64,000 bases of DNA, from NCBI GenBank assembly GCA_038210415.1, contig JBBQWS010000003.1, positions 59,577-123,576 of the forward strand. The letters run 5' to 3'. The position numbers and the translations under genes are program-made. The stretch comes from Actinomycetes bacterium. Lineage in GTDB: Bacteria; Actinomycetota; Actinomycetes; Prado026. Shown here piece after piece: positions 61,840 to 64,000 of this stretch. The notes under the pieces are model-generated. The model ran no database searches. It was not told where the DNA came from and saw only the letters and a program-made list of their open reading frames with translations. Positions within the stretch are counted from its first letter, which is position 1. Every line of letters starts with the position of its first letter.

Positions 61840-62829
61840 CTACCAGGTCTCGGCCTGCAGCCCGAACGGGCGGTCCTCGACGGCCTCGGCGATCTTGTAG
61901 CACCCCTTGCCTGCGTTCTTGGCCCGCAGCATCGCTGCGTCGGCGTCGCGCAGCAACTTCGCCGGGTGCACCGTGCCCTCGCCGGTGGCGATGCCGATGC
62001 TGGTCCGGACCCGGACGGAGTGCCCACCGCTGTGCAGGGCGGTACCGAGGGCGACCTCGACCCGCGCGGCCACGAGAACAGCGGCAGCCGGATCGGTCAG
62101 GCCTTCGCAGACGATGACGAACTCGTCGCCTCCGAGCCGGCCCGCGGTGTCGCCGCCGCGCAGGCACTCGCGCAGCCGCCCGGCCACCCCGACCAGCACG
62201 TCGTCCGCGGCGTCGCGGCCGACCCGGTCGTTGATGCCTTTGAAGTCGTCGAGGTCCAGGAACAGCACGCCGACGTACGTCCCGGCCCGGTTCGCGCGGG
62301 CGAGCGCCTGGGTTAGCCGGTCCCGGATCAGAGCGAGGTTCGGCAGCCCGGTGAGGTGGTCGTGCAGCACCTGGTGGGTGACCTGCGACTCCGCGAGCCG
62401 GACGACGGCTGCGTTGCCCTCGGCCATGGCCCGTGCGGCGGCCCGGGCACACGAGGCGGCGGTGACCGCCTGCGCCGTGGCGGCGGCGACGGCCTCGGCG
62501 ACGCCGGCCGCGGCTGCCCGCTCCGCCTCGGCTGCGACGGCGGCAGCGGTCGCCGCCACCTGCGAGCGGGCGGCTGCGTCGGCGGCGATCTTGGCGGCGT
62601 CGGCGACCATGGCCTGCGCGTCGGCCAGGGCCTGCGCGGCAAGCTCGGCGTCGGCATCCGCGGCGATGGCCACCGCTGTGGCGATCGCGGCTGCCTCGGC
62701 GGCCATCGACGTCGGCGACGCGAGGTCGTCCGACGACTCGTAGGGACGGGTGGGGGCGGCCGGTGTCGTTCCGGACGCCTCGCGGGCTGCGGTCTGGACG
62801 ACCGTCATCTCACTCGAGTCGATGGACAT
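61840..62829 (-). CDS. Diguanylate cyclase with Ala-rich helical N-terminus
   Basis: HDHLTGLPN, DLDDFKGIND, RGGD I-site, RLGGDEF; start uncertain (62829 chosen). Confidence 0.85.
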   Translation of the reverse strand: MSIDSSEMTVVQTAAREASGTTPAAPTRPYESSDDLASPTSMAAEAAAIATAVAIAADADAELAAQALADAQAMVADAAKIAADAAARSQVAATAAAVAAEAERAAAAGVAEAVAAATAQAVTAASCARAAARAMAEGNAAVVRLAESQVTHQVLHDHLTGLPNLALIRDRLTQALARANRAGTYVGVLFLDLDDFKGINDRVGRDAADDVLVGVAGRLRECLRGGDTAGRLGGDEFVIVCEGLTDPAAAVLVAARVEVALGTALHSGGHSVRVRTSIGIATGEGTVHPAKLLRDADAAMLRAKNAGKGCYKIAEAVEDRPFGLQAETW

Positions 62830-62912
62830 TCCACACGCTGCCTCAAGGCCGGTGCCGCGAAGGGTGCGACGGACCCAGTGGTCCCGTTCCGGGATCTCCA
62901 CTGGCCGGACGC

Positions 62913-62938
62913 ATCGGCGGGTCGTTTCCGGACCTGAG
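62913..62938 (-). promoter_or_regulatory. Candidate sigma28-like promoter
   Basis: CTCAGG-N14-GCCGAT upstream of the Ala-rich diguanylate cyclase. Confidence 0.45.
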
Positions 62939-62962
62939 GGGTTCCGGGGAACCACTGCCGGC

Positions 62963-64000
62963 TCAGTGCTGGCGCAGGCGGCGGGCTGCCTCGGCGATCG
63001 ACCCGGTCAAGGACGGGTAGATCGTGAAGGTATGGGCTAGTTCGTCCACCGTCAGCCGGTGCGCGATCGCCAGCGTGATCGGAAAGATCAGCTCGCTCGC
63101 CCGGGGCGCCACGACGACGCCGCCGACGATGATCCGGGTGCCCGGCAGGGCGAAGAGCTTGACGAACCCGTCGTGCACTCCTTGCATCTTTGCCCGTGGG
63201 TTCGTGGCGAGCGGCAGCTTGACCGAGACGGCTGCGGCGATGCCCGTGTCGACATCGTGCTGCGTCACGCCGACCGTGGCGATCTCGGGGTCGGTGAACA
63301 CGTTCGAGGAGACGGTCTTCAGGTCCAGCGGCTGCACCGCGTCGCCGAGCGTGTGCTCCATGGCGATCCGACCCTGCATCGCAGCAACCGAGGCGAGCAT
63401 GAGGACGCCGGTGCAGTCCCCAGCTGCGTAGACGCCTCGCACCGACGTGCGAGAGACCCGGTCGACCTCGATGTACCCGCCCACGCCGAGCCGTACTCCC
63501 GCCTCCTCCAGGCCCAGCCCCTCAGTGTTCGGCACCGAGCCGACGGCCATCAGGCAGTGCGAGCCCTCGACGGTGCGACCGTCCGCCAGCTCGACCACGA
63601 CACCCTCGCCGACCCGACGCACCCCCGTGGCCCGAGCCTTCGACAGCACCTCCATGCCGCGCCGCCGGAAGACGTCCTCGAGCACCAGTGCGGCGTCCGG
63701 GTCCTCGCCGGGCAGGACCCGGTCGCGCGACGACACCAGCATCACCTGCGAGCCGAGCGCCTGGTAGGCGGAGGCGAACTCGGCCCCGGTGACCCCGGAC
63801 CCGACGACGACGAGCCGCTCCGGCAGCTCGGTCAGGCCGTAGAGCTGCTCCCAGGTGAAGATCCGTTCCCCGTCCGGCAGCGCCTCGGGCAGCACCCGCG
63901 GGTGCGCACCGGTGGCGAGGAGCACCGTCTCGACCTCGAGCAGCTCGGTTCCGCCCGTACCGGAGTCGAGCGCGACGACGCCGGGCGCGGTCAGCCGGCC
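62963..64000 (-). CDS. lpdA: NAD(P)H-quinone dehydrogenase / flavoprotein disulfide reductase (LpdA-like), 5' end outside the window
   Basis: ATGAHPR, GSGVTGAEFA, YAAGDCTG, FTDPEIATVG; C-terminal YPSLTGS in place of HPTxxE, as in mycobacterial LpdA. Confidence 0.85.
   Translation of the reverse strand, partial: GRLTAPGVVALDSGTGGTELLEVETVLLATGAHPRVLPEALPDGERIFTWEQLYGLTELPERLVVVGSGVTGAEFASAYQALGSQVMLVSSRDRVLPGEDPDAALVLEDVFRRRGMEVLSKARATGVRRVGEGVVVELADGRTVEGSHCLMAVGSVPNTEGLGLEEAGVRLGVGGYIEVDRVSRTSVRGVYAAGDCTGVLMLASVAAMQGRIAMEHTLGDAVQPLDLKTVSSNVFTDPEIATVGVTQHDVDTGIAAAVSVKLPLATNPRAKMQGVHDGFVKLFALPGTRIIVGGVVVAPRASELIFPITLAIAHRLTVDELAHTFTIYPSLTGSIAEAARRLRQH

Overview
High-GC actinomycete chromosomal region with no mobile elements, tRNA/rRNA or CRISPR detected. 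1-28.3 kb is a cell-envelope locus. It holds two CW_binding_2 (CWB2)-repeat peptidoglycan hydrolases, two LCP anchoring enzymes and a WbpA/B/E/D/I-like set for a 2,3-diacetamido-uronic acid. It also holds several glycosyltransferases, a Wzm/Wzt exporter, a secreted heparinase II/III-like lyase and an AftA-like GT-C. Next come a hemY + radical SAM heme pair and the conserved actinobacterial backbone (ugd, purE, purK, GtrA, PH protein, birA, pccB/epsilon, maf, biotin carboxylase, lpdA), into which accessory genes are inserted. Best candidates for novelty: (1) a signal-less neprosin-family glutamic peptidase followed by an overlapping small ORF resembling a free-standing copy of its own pro-domain; (2) a recurring sigma28/FliA/WhiG-like promoter motif upstream of two diguanylate cyclases and three secreted proteins; (3) a sphingosine-1-phosphate-lyase-like enzyme abutting an FGGY kinase; (4) an 18-bp-spaced bidirectional leaderless promoter between birA and pccB. 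All calls come from motif reading only; no database searches were run.
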